From Candidatus Yonathbacteria bacterium (lineage in GTDB: Bacteria > Patescibacteriota > Minisyncoccia > Phycocordibacterales > JACNGX01): a stretch of 64,000 nt of DNA. Position 1 is the first letter of the stretch. Every line of letters starts with the position of its first letter. Below are positions 53,151 to 63,188 of this stretch, piece by piece. Location of the stretch: contig JAAXWR010000001.1 of NCBI GenBank assembly GCA_013334825.1, forward strand, positions 203,769 to 267,768. The letters run 5' to 3'. The notes beneath the pieces are model-generated. The model saw nothing but the letters and a program-made list of their open reading frames with translations, was not told the origin of the DNA and ran no database searches. The position numbers were made by a program, and so were the translations under genes.

Positions 53151-53519
53151 ATGTGTGAACAGTTGTTTCCAATTGTCTTTTTCCTATGCACGTTGTGCAT
53201 GGTTGGTGTCATCCTGGCGTCTTTCCTTGTCAGGGTATCGACAAGGGATATGCTTACTTTTGCAATGATAACACAGGCATCACTCCTTGTGTTTCTTGTC
53301 GAATTTCTCGTCTTTTATGACGAGGTTATCGACGTGTCCAGGGAAATGTGGATGCTCCTCTGTAATGGAGTTTTTATAAGCCCCGTTTTGTTCTTTGAGA
53401 TGTTCGGGGCTGTCTTCGGGACACGTGATTGGTTGGTGCCCCTTACGGCAAATATACTCACCGTGGCAGTGCTTGCAGGTGGGTATCTGATTATTCTCAA
53501 AAGAAAGCATGTTGCATAG
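53151..53519 (+). CDS. Orphan 4-TM membrane protein inserted between dnaK and dnaJ
   Basis: Promoter TTTACT-17-TATGTT at 53075-53103 and terminator AGCGGTC-TTTC-GACCGCTTTTTT. Confidence 0.7.
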   Translation: MCEQLFPIVFFLCTLCMVGVILASFLVRVSTRDMLTFAMITQASLLVFLVEFLVFYDEVIDVSREMWMLLCNGVFISPVLFFEMFGAVFGTRDWLVPLTANILTVAVLAGGYLIILKRKHVA

Positions 53520-53570
53520 AGCGGTCTTTCGACCGCTTTTTTGTTTGAAAAAATGTGGTATGATGGTGGT

Positions 53571-54641
53571 ATGAAGAAAGACTATTATGACATGTTGGGT
53601 GTTCCCAAGAGTGCTAGTAAAGAAGATATCAAAAAAGCATTTCGTAAACTTGCACACAAATATCATCCTGATAAAAAGGATGGTGATGAGGCAAAGTTTA
53701 AAGAAGTGAATGAAGCATATCAGATTCTTTCTGATGATAAAAAACGCGCAGAGTATGATACGTACGGACAAACATTTGGTGGTGCGGGAGGCGCACAAGG
53801 GTTTGATGGCTTCGGTGGTTTTGGAGGATTTGACCCGTCTAGCGCGGGTGTTGAATTTGATTTGGGCGATATTTTTGATCAATTTTTTGGTGGCGGTGGA
53901 GGTGGTGGTCGTGGCGGAATGCGTCGTGGCAATGATATTTCTATTGGTATCGAAATTCCTTTCACGGAAGCAGTCTTTGGAACAACCCGTACGGTGCTTG
54001 TGACAAAAACTTCTGCATGTTCATCTTGTGAAGGAACAGGAGCAAAAAAAGGTGCAAACATGAAGACGTGTAGTACTTGTAACGGTAAAGGAAAAGTCCA
54101 TGAAGCGCGCCGTTCACCGTTTGGTACGTTTTCAGTTTCTCGTACCTGTGACGTGTGTGGGGGAACGGGACAAATTCCCGAAGAAGTATGCGCGACATGC
54201 AAAGGTGCGGGTGTTGTCCGTGACCGTGAAGAGATTCGCATCGTTGTCCCTGAAGGGATAGAGGATGGCGCGATGATTCGTATGTCAGGAAAAGGCGAGG
54301 CGGTTCCTCGAGGGACGACCGGAGATTTGTATGTGAATGTACGCGTGATGCCTGATAAAACATTCTCACGACAAGGACTTGATCTTGTGATGCATTTACC
54401 CATAAAGCTTTCTGATGCACTCCTCGGTACACATCGTACTGTTGTCACACTGGATGGTGATATTGATGTGACGATTCCCGCGGGCATATCATTTGGAGAA
54501 ACACTCCGTATTCGGGGTAAGGGCGTGCCATCTCGGGGATCTCGCGGTGACCTTCTCATAAAACTCACCATTGAGATGCCGAAAAAACTTTCAAAAAAAG
54601 CAAAAGACCTTATCGAGTCTCTCAAAAAAGAAGGCATGTAG
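53571..54641 (+). CDS. dnaJ: Chaperone DnaJ
   Basis: HPD J-domain, G/F region and four CxxCxGxG repeats. Confidence 0.98.
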   Translation: MKKDYYDMLGVPKSASKEDIKKAFRKLAHKYHPDKKDGDEAKFKEVNEAYQILSDDKKRAEYDTYGQTFGGAGGAQGFDGFGGFGGFDPSSAGVEFDLGDIFDQFFGGGGGGGRGGMRRGNDISIGIEIPFTEAVFGTTRTVLVTKTSACSSCEGTGAKKGANMKTCSTCNGKGKVHEARRSPFGTFSVSRTCDVCGGTGQIPEEVCATCKGAGVVRDREEIRIVVPEGIEDGAMIRMSGKGEAVPRGTTGDLYVNVRVMPDKTFSRQGLDLVMHLPIKLSDALLGTHRTVVTLDGDIDVTIPAGISFGETLRIRGKGVPSRGSRGDLLIKLTIEMPKKLSKKAKDLIESLKKEGM

Positions 54642-54642
54642 T

Positions 54643-55368
54643 ATGAGTGATGAACGACGCTCTTTTTCTGACTGGGTATGGACTACTCTGCCATGGATAC
54701 TTCAGGCAATGATATGGATTCCCACAAGAATTATTCTCCGTGTGTTTTTTCGTACTCACATTGAAGGTGTTGAACATCTCAAAGGAATACGTGGTCCTGT
54801 TATCTTTGCGGTGAATCATACAAGTTTTTGGGATCCGATTTTGGTCGCAGGAGCATTACCTTTTTTTTCACGTCGATATCCAATGATGTATGTCGCGCGC
54901 GAACATGCGTATTATCATCGATATGGAAAGTTTTTTCCTATGTTTTTGTTTCAAGCGTGGGGCGCGCACCCTGCACAAGGAGGACTTCGTGACTACGCGG
55001 CATCACTTGCTACGCATGTACATTTTTTGAAACAGGGAAGGAGTTTGTGTGTATTTCCTGAAGGAAAAGTTTCTCGCACCACGGAAGATATTCAACCATT
55101 TAAAGGCGGTATCGGATATTTGGCGTATGAGACAAAAGCTACCGTGGTGCCTGTTATTTTGCATGGCACGTATAACATGACTCTCAAAGGAGTTTTTACA
55201 CGGCGTTATGTTGCTACAATTTCTTTTTGCAGACCTCTCGTTTTTGAAGATTTATTTATTACGAAAGGTGGTGGCACACATTTCTCAGTCGATGATTATA
55301 AAAAAACAGCTGAAGATATTCGTAAGCAGATGTGTATTGTTTTCGAAAAATATAAAAAAGATATATAA
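54643..55368 (+). CDS. PlsC-family lysophospholipid acyltransferase
   Basis: NHTSFWD and FPEG motifs. Confidence 0.92.
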   Translation: MSDERRSFSDWVWTTLPWILQAMIWIPTRIILRVFFRTHIEGVEHLKGIRGPVIFAVNHTSFWDPILVAGALPFFSRRYPMMYVAREHAYYHRYGKFFPMFLFQAWGAHPAQGGLRDYAASLATHVHFLKQGRSLCVFPEGKVSRTTEDIQPFKGGIGYLAYETKATVVPVILHGTYNMTLKGVFTRRYVATISFCRPLVFEDLFITKGGGTHFSVDDYKKTAEDIRKQMCIVFEKYKKDI

Positions 55369-55377
55369 TATAGATAT

Positions 55378-57033
55378 ATGTTTTCCACTGATGCTATACG
55401 TGCCATTCTCGGCATAGAAGAGTCTGTGCAACTTACACCACTAGAAATGGCGGATAAATTAAATATTACTTTTTATCCATACTCTGAACATGACGTGAGT
55501 CCACATGTTCTTGCATTCGCAACATTACTAGAGAAGACCCTATTTGAATTAAAAGCAAATATTGTTCCCTATGAGGAATCATTAGAGCATGTTTCTGTGC
55601 GAAAACGTATACGAAGAGTCGTACGTATTTTGATTAATGATATAGGGTATTTTTTCCAACGTATAATTAAAAAAACTCCCTCAATACCATTCATTGGTAT
55701 CGCGGTCATAAAAAGTGCGCTTCGTCCGAAAAGAATAAAAGCGGGCATATCTGTTATTGCTTTAGGAGAGCAAGCAACAGGAAATCTACCCATGGACAAT
55801 ACTTCAAGTTTTCGAAGGAGTTCTGTAATTACCATACTTGATCGTCCAGATAATATAAAAAAAGAGACAGCATTTCAGGAGCATTTTGATACTGCCATGC
55901 ATCTGTTTGCGTATCATATGACGAATATCGTACTTGCTGTCGACGAAAAAGAGTGGATCGTATATAACTTCAATGCATCACATCCTGTGTATCAGATTGA
56001 TGACACTTTTAAAGAACATGTATTATCGGCATTAATACCAAAAATTGTTGCTCCTATCAGGCCGTATCGATTTTCGGAATTTATTGTGACACAAAATGGT
56101 TTTGATCCGCATGACGAATATCATGAACGTTTAGTATATGATTTGACATATAGTGGAACACTTCTTGAAAAAACAGGATTGTATCCACCTGGAAAAAAGA
56201 TTGAAGATCTTCCTTTTCGAAATAAATTTTATGAGTGGATTGGGAAAATACATTTAGATAACCGTAATGGCATGAGCTATGGATTTCTTGCTTTGCAAAT
56301 GCCAGTACAGATTTCTCCAGTGATGAACCATGAGGAAGCAGAAAAGTTTTTTGGGGATTCCATACCACTTGCTGAAGGAAACTTCGTATTTGATACACAT
56401 ATGTATTTTACTTTTTCATTTGATGGAGAATTGTTATATATGAAAATTCCTGATGTGTGGGTTCTCTCTCAGCGTTCTGGTTGTGATAAAACACATATGG
56501 ATCCAGAAAAAGATATTTTAAAAATGGGGCTTATCGATGGGCAGATGCATCTTCGTTCGCCAAAAGGTTTGGAGTTAACAAAAGAATATAAACCTTCTTT
56601 TGATACAAAGGTGATTTTGGCACATGCTGTGGGAAATGCGATTGTTGCTTCTCTTTCGGCATATAAAGGAATAAATAGTCATTTTGTAACTATGATGCGC
56701 ACACAAGGTGTTGCTCTTGCGCATTGGCATGGATATATCAATCCCAATATGATTCCCGAAGGATGGTTTACACATGGTATCCAAAATCCTCATGTTGCGT
56801 GTTCATCACCCCAATCAGCAGTGTACGCTCTTTCGGGAAAACTCGATGTATTTATTGAGGCATTTGCAAAGAAGAAAGAATATAGAGGAGACATTCATAT
56901 CGAACCACACCATGGTACAAATATTATTTTTCCGAGTCTGGTGGAACTTGGTAAATATCTTTCTGGAGATATGCAAGTTGCTGTTTTGGGAAATGCGTAC
57001 CTTTATTTGTATGAACATAATGAGAATCTTTAA
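55378..57033 (+). CDS. Uncharacterised 551-aa soluble protein; possible class II aldolase-like metal site at the C-terminus
   Basis: Long intact ORF with AHWHGY and EPHHG motifs. Confidence 0.8.
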   Translation: MFSTDAIRAILGIEESVQLTPLEMADKLNITFYPYSEHDVSPHVLAFATLLEKTLFELKANIVPYEESLEHVSVRKRIRRVVRILINDIGYFFQRIIKKTPSIPFIGIAVIKSALRPKRIKAGISVIALGEQATGNLPMDNTSSFRRSSVITILDRPDNIKKETAFQEHFDTAMHLFAYHMTNIVLAVDEKEWIVYNFNASHPVYQIDDTFKEHVLSALIPKIVAPIRPYRFSEFIVTQNGFDPHDEYHERLVYDLTYSGTLLEKTGLYPPGKKIEDLPFRNKFYEWIGKIHLDNRNGMSYGFLALQMPVQISPVMNHEEAEKFFGDSIPLAEGNFVFDTHMYFTFSFDGELLYMKIPDVWVLSQRSGCDKTHMDPEKDILKMGLIDGQMHLRSPKGLELTKEYKPSFDTKVILAHAVGNAIVASLSAYKGINSHFVTMMRTQGVALAHWHGYINPNMIPEGWFTHGIQNPHVACSSPQSAVYALSGKLDVFIEAFAKKKEYRGDIHIEPHHGTNIIFPSLVELGKYLSGDMQVAVLGNAYLYLYEHNENL

Positions 57034-57052
57034 ATGGTGTTAGTAACTATTC

Positions 57053-58711
57053 ATGGTTGATTTTTTCCTTACAGATTATTATTCCGTTTCTCTCTTTATT
57101 GGGGGAGTTATCGCCTTGGTATCTGGACTTTTGGTGTTTCTAAATAATAGTAGAGACTCAGTAAATATCTCGTGGGTGTTTTTGAGTATCATTACTTCTA
57201 TCTGGAGCTTTGGGTACCTTATGCTTATAAAGACGGAAGATATCTCAATTGCGACGTTATCAAATATCATATTACATGTCGCGGCATCAATAATTCCTGT
57301 TGCGTATGTGTATTTTGTTCTGAGTATCACCAAGACAACATATATATACAAAAAAATACTGTATGTGATGGTGCCAACGATGATTACCTTTGTAGGTCTT
57401 TCTTTTTCATCTTTTTTGTTGGGAGAAGTTATTCCAAAGTCAGATATTGGATGGTCTTTCTCGTTTGCTCCAGTTGCTGGTCCGGGGTATGTGTTTTTTG
57501 CAGTATATTTTTTTGTTGTAACATTAGCTGGCGCGGTAGTCCTTGGTAATTTTGTTAGAAAAAAGAATTTAGAACATCAGAATAAAATTCGTTTGATATT
57601 TGTACTTGTATCATCGATGGTAGGATTTCTTGGTGGTGGAAGTGTTTTCCCATTAACATTTGGTGTCCTTGTTCCGCCCTATCCTATACTATTGTTTTCC
57701 TTGTATCCTATCATTATCACCTATGCGATTATAAAACACCGTCTCTTTAACATGAAGATTGTTGCCGCTGAGTCGATGACAATTGCGTTATGGATATTAC
57801 TGTTGATGAGAACCCTTTTGTCTGGAGATTCTAGTGATGGTGTGTTGGATGCAGTAGTATTGGCGGTTTCGTTTTTTATTGGTTCATACCTTATTAATAG
57901 TGTTCGTGAAGATGTAAAAACACGCGAAGAAATTGAAGCATTGGTAAAACGTTTACGAGTTGCTAATGAGCATTTGCGCGAACTTGATAAACAAAAAACA
58001 GAATTTGTTTCCATCGCGTCACATCAATTGCGTACACCACTCACTGCTATCAAAGGATATTCTTCGATGATTTTGGATGGCTCGTTTGGTAAGGTATGTG
58101 ATGAAGTAAAAGATCCAGTTATGCGTATTTTCCGATCAAGTGAACGACTTGTTGATACAGTTGAAGATTTTTTGAATGTTGCGCGTATTGAGCAGGGGAG
58201 AATGTCGTACGATATGGAGTATATTGATATGTATCCTTTAGTGAAAGAAATTGTTGAAGAGCTTTTTTATACCGCTCAAGAAAAAGGTGTTTCATTATCA
58301 CTTATTCCGTGTCGTGCACGATGTCTCGCCTTTGCGGATAAAGGAAAAATACGCCAAGTCGTACTTAACCTTGTAGATAATGCAGTGAAATATACACCAT
58401 CGGGAAGTGTCGAGGTGTCAGTCAAGGAAGAGATCCTTGGCAGAAAAACGTTCGTTACATTTACGGTGACTGATACGGGTATTGGTATTCCTGATGCATT
58501 TGTGGGAGAGCTGTTTGGTAAATTTAATCGTGCGGAAAATAGCAGTACGTATCATGCAAATGGTTCGGGCGTTGGTCTCTATGTAGCCAATGAGATTGTA
58601 AAAGCACACCATGGTGTTATTGAAGTGAAATCGGAAGAAGGAAAAGGAACGACGTTTTCTGTTACGCTTCCTGGAAGGGTGCAGACAATAAAAGGATCGA
58701 CAAAAGTATAG
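57053..58711 (+). CDS. Sensor histidine kinase with N-terminal 7TM-type domain
   Basis: Multi-TM N-terminus, H-box ASHQLRTPL, N-box NLVDNAVKY, and G-boxes DTGIGI and GSGVGL. Confidence 0.95.
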   Translation: MVDFFLTDYYSVSLFIGGVIALVSGLLVFLNNSRDSVNISWVFLSIITSIWSFGYLMLIKTEDISIATLSNIILHVAASIIPVAYVYFVLSITKTTYIYKKILYVMVPTMITFVGLSFSSFLLGEVIPKSDIGWSFSFAPVAGPGYVFFAVYFFVVTLAGAVVLGNFVRKKNLEHQNKIRLIFVLVSSMVGFLGGGSVFPLTFGVLVPPYPILLFSLYPIIITYAIIKHRLFNMKIVAAESMTIALWILLLMRTLLSGDSSDGVLDAVVLAVSFFIGSYLINSVREDVKTREEIEALVKRLRVANEHLRELDKQKTEFVSIASHQLRTPLTAIKGYSSMILDGSFGKVCDEVKDPVMRIFRSSERLVDTVEDFLNVARIEQGRMSYDMEYIDMYPLVKEIVEELFYTAQEKGVSLSLIPCRARCLAFADKGKIRQVVLNLVDNAVKYTPSGSVEVSVKEEILGRKTFVTFTVTDTGIGIPDAFVGELFGKFNRAENSSTYHANGSGVGLYVANEIVKAHHGVIEVKSEEGKGTTFSVTLPGRVQTIKGSTKV

Positions 58712-58759
58712 TATAAAATGATACTCGCTCAGCTTTCATTGCTGTGATATAGTATCTCT

Positions 58760-59737
58760 ATGTCATCAGAAACAAAACCAATTGGTCTTTCGGGTGTCAA
58801 GCCGACAGGAAGACCACATATCGGTAATTATTTTGGCGCAATGCGTCAATTTGTTGCTTTGCAGGAGGAATATCGCATGTTTGTGTTTATTGCAGATTTA
58901 CATGGGCTTAATCTTATTCAAGACGCGTCAATGATGCGTGAACTTTCTCTTGGAGTCGCTATTGATTATTTGGCACTTGGCCTTGATCCGTCAAAAACGG
59001 TGCTGTATCGTCAATCGGATATTCCAGAAATTACTGAACTTTCATGGATATTGGGAACGTTGACGACCATGCCGTATCTTATGCGGGCGCATGCTTTTAA
59101 AGACGCCGAAGCAAAAAATAAAGATATCAATGTGGGGACCTTTACCTATCCGGTGCTTATGGCCGCAGACATTTTGATACAAGATGCACAGGTCGTTCCC
59201 GTAGGGAAAGATCAAGAACAACATTTGGAAATTGCTCGTGATATGGCAGCAAAGTTTAATACTACATTTGGAGAAACATTTATCGCGCCGAAGTCTGTTA
59301 TCATGGAGGATGTGGCGACTGTGCCGGGTATCGATGGACGCAAGATGAGTAAGAGTTATGATAACACCATACCACTTTTTGGAAGTGATGATGAGATTGT
59401 AAAAGCAGTTGCTGGTATTGTCACGGATTCTCGTTTACCTGAAGAACCAAAAAATCCTGATGCTGATAATATTTTTGCACTGCATAAACTGTTTAGTACA
59501 TCGGTACTTCCTGATATTGAACGCCGATATCGTGAGGGGGGTATGGGATATAAGGAATCAAAGGATATTCTTCGTGAACACATTCTTGACTTCGTTCGCC
59601 CTCTTCGTGAAAAACGTGAAGCGATTTTAGGAGATGTATCAACCGTCGAGCGTATCCTTGATGAAGGTGGCAAAGTTGCCCGAGAACGTGCAATCATTAA
59701 ACTCGATGATGTCCGTAAAAAAACTGGACTTCGTTAG
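58760..59737 (+). CDS. trpS: Tryptophan--tRNA ligase
   Basis: HIGN, YPVLMAADIL, VPVGKDQ and KMSKS. Confidence 0.98.
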   Translation: MSSETKPIGLSGVKPTGRPHIGNYFGAMRQFVALQEEYRMFVFIADLHGLNLIQDASMMRELSLGVAIDYLALGLDPSKTVLYRQSDIPEITELSWILGTLTTMPYLMRAHAFKDAEAKNKDINVGTFTYPVLMAADILIQDAQVVPVGKDQEQHLEIARDMAAKFNTTFGETFIAPKSVIMEDVATVPGIDGRKMSKSYDNTIPLFGSDDEIVKAVAGIVTDSRLPEEPKNPDADNIFALHKLFSTSVLPDIERRYREGGMGYKESKDILREHILDFVRPLREKREAILGDVSTVERILDEGGKVARERAIIKLDDVRKKTGLR

Positions 59738-59786
59738 TTCTTCTTTCCTCACATTTATTATTCTTCATTCTTAATTTATATTCTCC

Positions 59787-61181
59787 ATGACTCGTATTTC
59801 CATTAGTAAACTCCATGCATATATCGGGCAAGAAGTTACTCTTGCTGGTTGGGTACATGTGCGTCGTGATCATGGCAAACTTATTTTTATAGATTTGCGT
59901 GACGCAACGGGTATTGTACAGATGGTTGCACTTCCCAATCATGCGGATGCGCATGCGGTTGCATCATTGGTGCGTTCGGAATGGGTCGTCGAAGTGTCTG
60001 GACTTGTGAATAAGCGTCCAGAAAAAATGGTGAATGCGGATGAAGAAAATGGTGATATTGAGATTGAACTCTTAGGGTTAACAGTGCTTAATGAAGCACA
60101 GACACCGCCGTTTGAACTTACGAATGATACATCGGGCATTGATGAGAACATCCGTCTCAAGTATCGATATCTTGATTTGCGTACTGCGCGAATGCAACGA
60201 AATATTCGTACACGAAGCGCGTTTGTGTCATCGTGTCGTCATTATCTTTTTGATAACGATTTTGTCGAAGTGGAGACACCGCTTCTCACTGAGTCAACGC
60301 CAGAAGGGTCGCGCGACTTTGTTGTGCCATCGCGTCTCAATGCAGGGCATTTTTACGCATTACCCCAATCTCCTCAGCAGTATAAACAATTGCTTATGAC
60401 AGGGGGTATGGAAAAATATTTTCAAATTGCGCGTGCCGTGCGCGATGAAGATTTGCGTGCTGATCGTGGCTTTGAACATACACAGGTAGATATTGAAGCA
60501 TCGTTTGTTTCGGAAGAGGATATACGTTCGCTCGTCGAAGATATGATTATCAAATCGGCTGAATCAGCAGGGAAGACTATCAGACAAAAACCGTTTCCAC
60601 GTATGACCTATGCGGAAGCGATGCAGACGTATGGAGGGGATAAATTTGATATGCGCACAGATGAAGAAAAAGAAGCAGGCATACTTGCGTTCGCATGGGT
60701 TGTTGATTTTCCTATGTTTGAGAAGACTGAAGAAGGAACATGGACGTTTACACACAATCCATTTTCTATGCCAAAATTAGAACATCTTGAGTTACTCATG
60801 AAAGGGGAACGCATTGATGAGATACTTGCGCAACAATATGATCTAGTATGTAATGGATATGAATGTGGTGGAGGAAGTGTTCGTGCGCACAAGCCAGAAA
60901 TTCTTCGCGCAACATACAAGATTATGGGATATACCGATGAAGAAATCGAAGCGAGCGTAGGACATATGCTTGAAGCGTTTTCTTATGGAGCTCCTCCCCA
61001 TGGAGGTATTGCTCTTGGTGTTGAACGTATGACCATGATACTTACGGGAGAAACAGAACTTCGTGAGGTGCAAGCATTTCCCATGACACGCGGAGGACAG
61101 ACCGCAGTGATGAATGCACCGAAACCTCTTACAAATAAACAGTTGGATGAGTTAGGAATAGAAGTGAAAAAGAAAAAATAG
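59787..61181 (+). CDS. aspS: Aspartate--tRNA ligase (short, lacking the GAD insertion)
   Basis: RRDHGKLIFIDLRD, LPQSPQQYKQ, RDEDLRADR and PPHGGIALG. Confidence 0.96.
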   Translation: MTRISISKLHAYIGQEVTLAGWVHVRRDHGKLIFIDLRDATGIVQMVALPNHADAHAVASLVRSEWVVEVSGLVNKRPEKMVNADEENGDIEIELLGLTVLNEAQTPPFELTNDTSGIDENIRLKYRYLDLRTARMQRNIRTRSAFVSSCRHYLFDNDFVEVETPLLTESTPEGSRDFVVPSRLNAGHFYALPQSPQQYKQLLMTGGMEKYFQIARAVRDEDLRADRGFEHTQVDIEASFVSEEDIRSLVEDMIIKSAESAGKTIRQKPFPRMTYAEAMQTYGGDKFDMRTDEEKEAGILAFAWVVDFPMFEKTEEGTWTFTHNPFSMPKLEHLELLMKGERIDEILAQQYDLVCNGYECGGGSVRAHKPEILRATYKIMGYTDEEIEASVGHMLEAFSYGAPPHGGIALGVERMTMILTGETELREVQAFPMTRGGQTAVMNAPKPLTNKQLDELGIEVKKKK

Positions 61182-61195
61182 AAATGAAAAACTAT

Positions 61196-61309
61196 AAACG
61201 ATGAAATACGAAAATAGAAATATGAAATATGAAGACGAAAACTATAAATGGTAAACGATGAAATACGAAAATAGAAATATGAAATATGAAGACGAAAACT
61301 ATAAACGGT
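61196..61309. repeat. Tandem duplication of a 57-bp unit of the dispersed repeat
   Basis: Two units differing at one position. The reverse complement matches 10392-10449. Confidence 0.9.
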
Positions 61310-61367
61310 AAAATAAAAGCGGGGTTTATGCTCCGCTTTTTTATATACAAAAAGAGCCCGTGAGGGC

Positions 61368-61721
61368 TCAATCCTGAGAGAAGTCGAAGGTGGTATTTTT
61401 TTTCAGAAAACCCTCAACTGTATCACCGTATTTTGCGACAAGGGTATTTCCCGATGGGAGATGCGCGACGCACTCATTTATTCTTTGCGCTCTGTAGACA
61501 ATTGTTTTCGCGATATCCTCCAACGATTCACCAGGTTCTGGTATATACATCCGAAAAGATGCATCTTCCCAGTGTTTAAGGAGTCGAAGTGGTTTATCTC
61601 CAGGAGCAACGAAAATTGCAAGAGGGCCGATTTGACAATACCGCGAACGGTTTTCAACGTTTGCAAGACGCAATGTTTCGTTGAGGATTTCCTCAGCCTC
61701 GTTTTGTTTCAAATGGTGCAC
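61368..61721 (-). CDS. Orphan hypothetical protein with a structured leader
   Basis: Promoter TTGACC-17-TATATT at 61832-61860. Probable GTG start at 61721, with terminator GAGCCC-GTGA-GGGCTC. Confidence 0.6.
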   Translation of the reverse strand: MHHLKQNEAEEILNETLRLANVENRSRYCQIGPLAIFVAPGDKPLRLLKHWEDASFRMYIPEPGESLEDIAKTIVYRAQRINECVAHLPSGNTLVAKYGDTVEGFLKKNTTFDFSQD

Positions 61722-61898
61722 TTTTTTGTCTTTACTTTTTATAAAAAGGCCGGAAGGGTCGAGAATCCCTCTTCCAAAACTCCCGTCCCCATACCGTGAG
61801 CAGCGGTTCCGGCCGAACAATTACTGAAATGAATATACATGGTAATACTATGTTGGTCAAGGATAGAGGAGAGTGTCTCTTGGTGTACAATATACTAT

Positions 61899-62630
61899 AT
61901 GGAACAAACTGCGTATCAAGTATGTATGCCTGCGTTTGAAGGACCGCTTGAATTGTTATTGTCTTTGATTGAAAAGCGTAAAGTGTTTGCAAGTGATGTA
62001 TCACTTGCAGATGTGGCGGATGAATATATTGTTCATGTGCGAGGACTTGCTTCGTTTCCTATTGCGGATGCGGCTGGATTTTTGCTCGTGGCGTCTACAT
62101 TGGCACTTATTAAATCACGGTCACTCTTGCCAGGACTTGATATTTCTGATGAAGAGAAAGCCGATATTGTTGATTTGGAAGAACGTCTTGCTACCTATAA
62201 AAAAATCGTCGTTCTTGCTAGTGGTATGCGCGAACGTTTTGGCAAGCATATGTTGTTTGGAAAAACGGGGGAGGGAAAAAGAGAAGTCGTATTCGCTCCT
62301 GATGCGAATCAGAACACACAAAGCCTTTGGGGTGCGATACGAGATGTAATCGGACGATTTCCTGAAGAAAAAGAAGCCCTTCCCGAAGCTGTTGTGCGTA
62401 AGGTGGTGAGTTTGGAAGAAACTATTACGCGTCTTGCCGAACGTGTGGCACGAGGACTTTCAGTGAGTTTTCGTGAGTTTGCAGATGCGCGTTCGCGTGC
62501 CGATGTTGTTGTGGGGTTTTTGGCACTTCTTGAACTTGTGAAACAAGGAGCGATTGATGTGACGCAAGGCGAGCGCTTTGGTGATATCACAATGGAATCA
62601 CTTGATACGGGAGTACCAAGATACGGGTAG
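61899..62630 (+). CDS. scpA: Segregation/condensation protein A
   Basis: FEGPLELLLSLI, KSRSLLP and FLALLELVK. Confidence 0.96.
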   Translation: MEQTAYQVCMPAFEGPLELLLSLIEKRKVFASDVSLADVADEYIVHVRGLASFPIADAAGFLLVASTLALIKSRSLLPGLDISDEEKADIVDLEERLATYKKIVVLASGMRERFGKHMLFGKTGEGKREVVFAPDANQNTQSLWGAIRDVIGRFPEEKEALPEAVVRKVVSLEETITRLAERVARGLSVSFREFADARSRADVVVGFLALLELVKQGAIDVTQGERFGDITMESLDTGVPRYG

Positions 62631-62828
62631 TCGGTTGCTGGTTAAATTGTGCTTCTTTTTCCTTTGCCAAGTCTTTCCATTGTTCTCATGTTGAACTTTT
62701 TACATTGGCGAATCATCAGTGAAGGAAGTGTGCACCAAAGTACCCACACCTACCGTTGCCATCCAGCTCCACTTTTACATATAACGAGTATGCTGAATTA
62801 AAATTAATCTGTTCGTTCATTTTTAGTT

Positions 62829-62920
62829 TGTCATTCTGGGCTTGACCCAGAATCCACGTCTGAGGTGTTATATATTATTACACGACTACGTGGATCTAAA
62901 ATCATGTTCATGATGATAAA
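62829..62920. repeat. REP-like inverted pair (GTCATTCTGGGCTTGACCCAGAATCC ... degenerate partner)
   Basis: Internal palindrome ATTCTGGG-CTTGA-CCCAGAAT, with partner TGGATCTAAAATCATGTTCATGATGA. Confidence 0.65.
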
Positions 62921-62925
62921 GATTG

Positions 62926-63170
62926 GTTACGAAGTACGAACTTATACGAACATACGAATACTACTGAACACGAACAACTATATTGGTGAGTTTATGTTCG
63001 TACTCATTCATATTTCGTAACCCTTAATTCTTGATTCGGGTTTCCGTCCTATAACCCATCTCCTCTAACCTCTCTCCTACATTCGTCCGTCTTTATAACC
63101 TATCACCTCTAACCTCTTTCCTCTATCCGTTCGTCCCTATAACCTATTTCCTCTCACCTATCTCCTAAAA
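62926..63170. repeat. Mosaic intergenic repeat between scpA and scpB
   Basis: GGTTACGAAGTACGAACTTATACGAACATACGAA is identical to 10241-10274. Confidence 0.85.
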
Positions 63171-63188
63171 TATGGTATGATAGTATCC

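Noticed and set aside
61196-61309. CRISPR array
   Set aside because: Two directly abutting 57-bp units with no unique spacers, and no cas genes.
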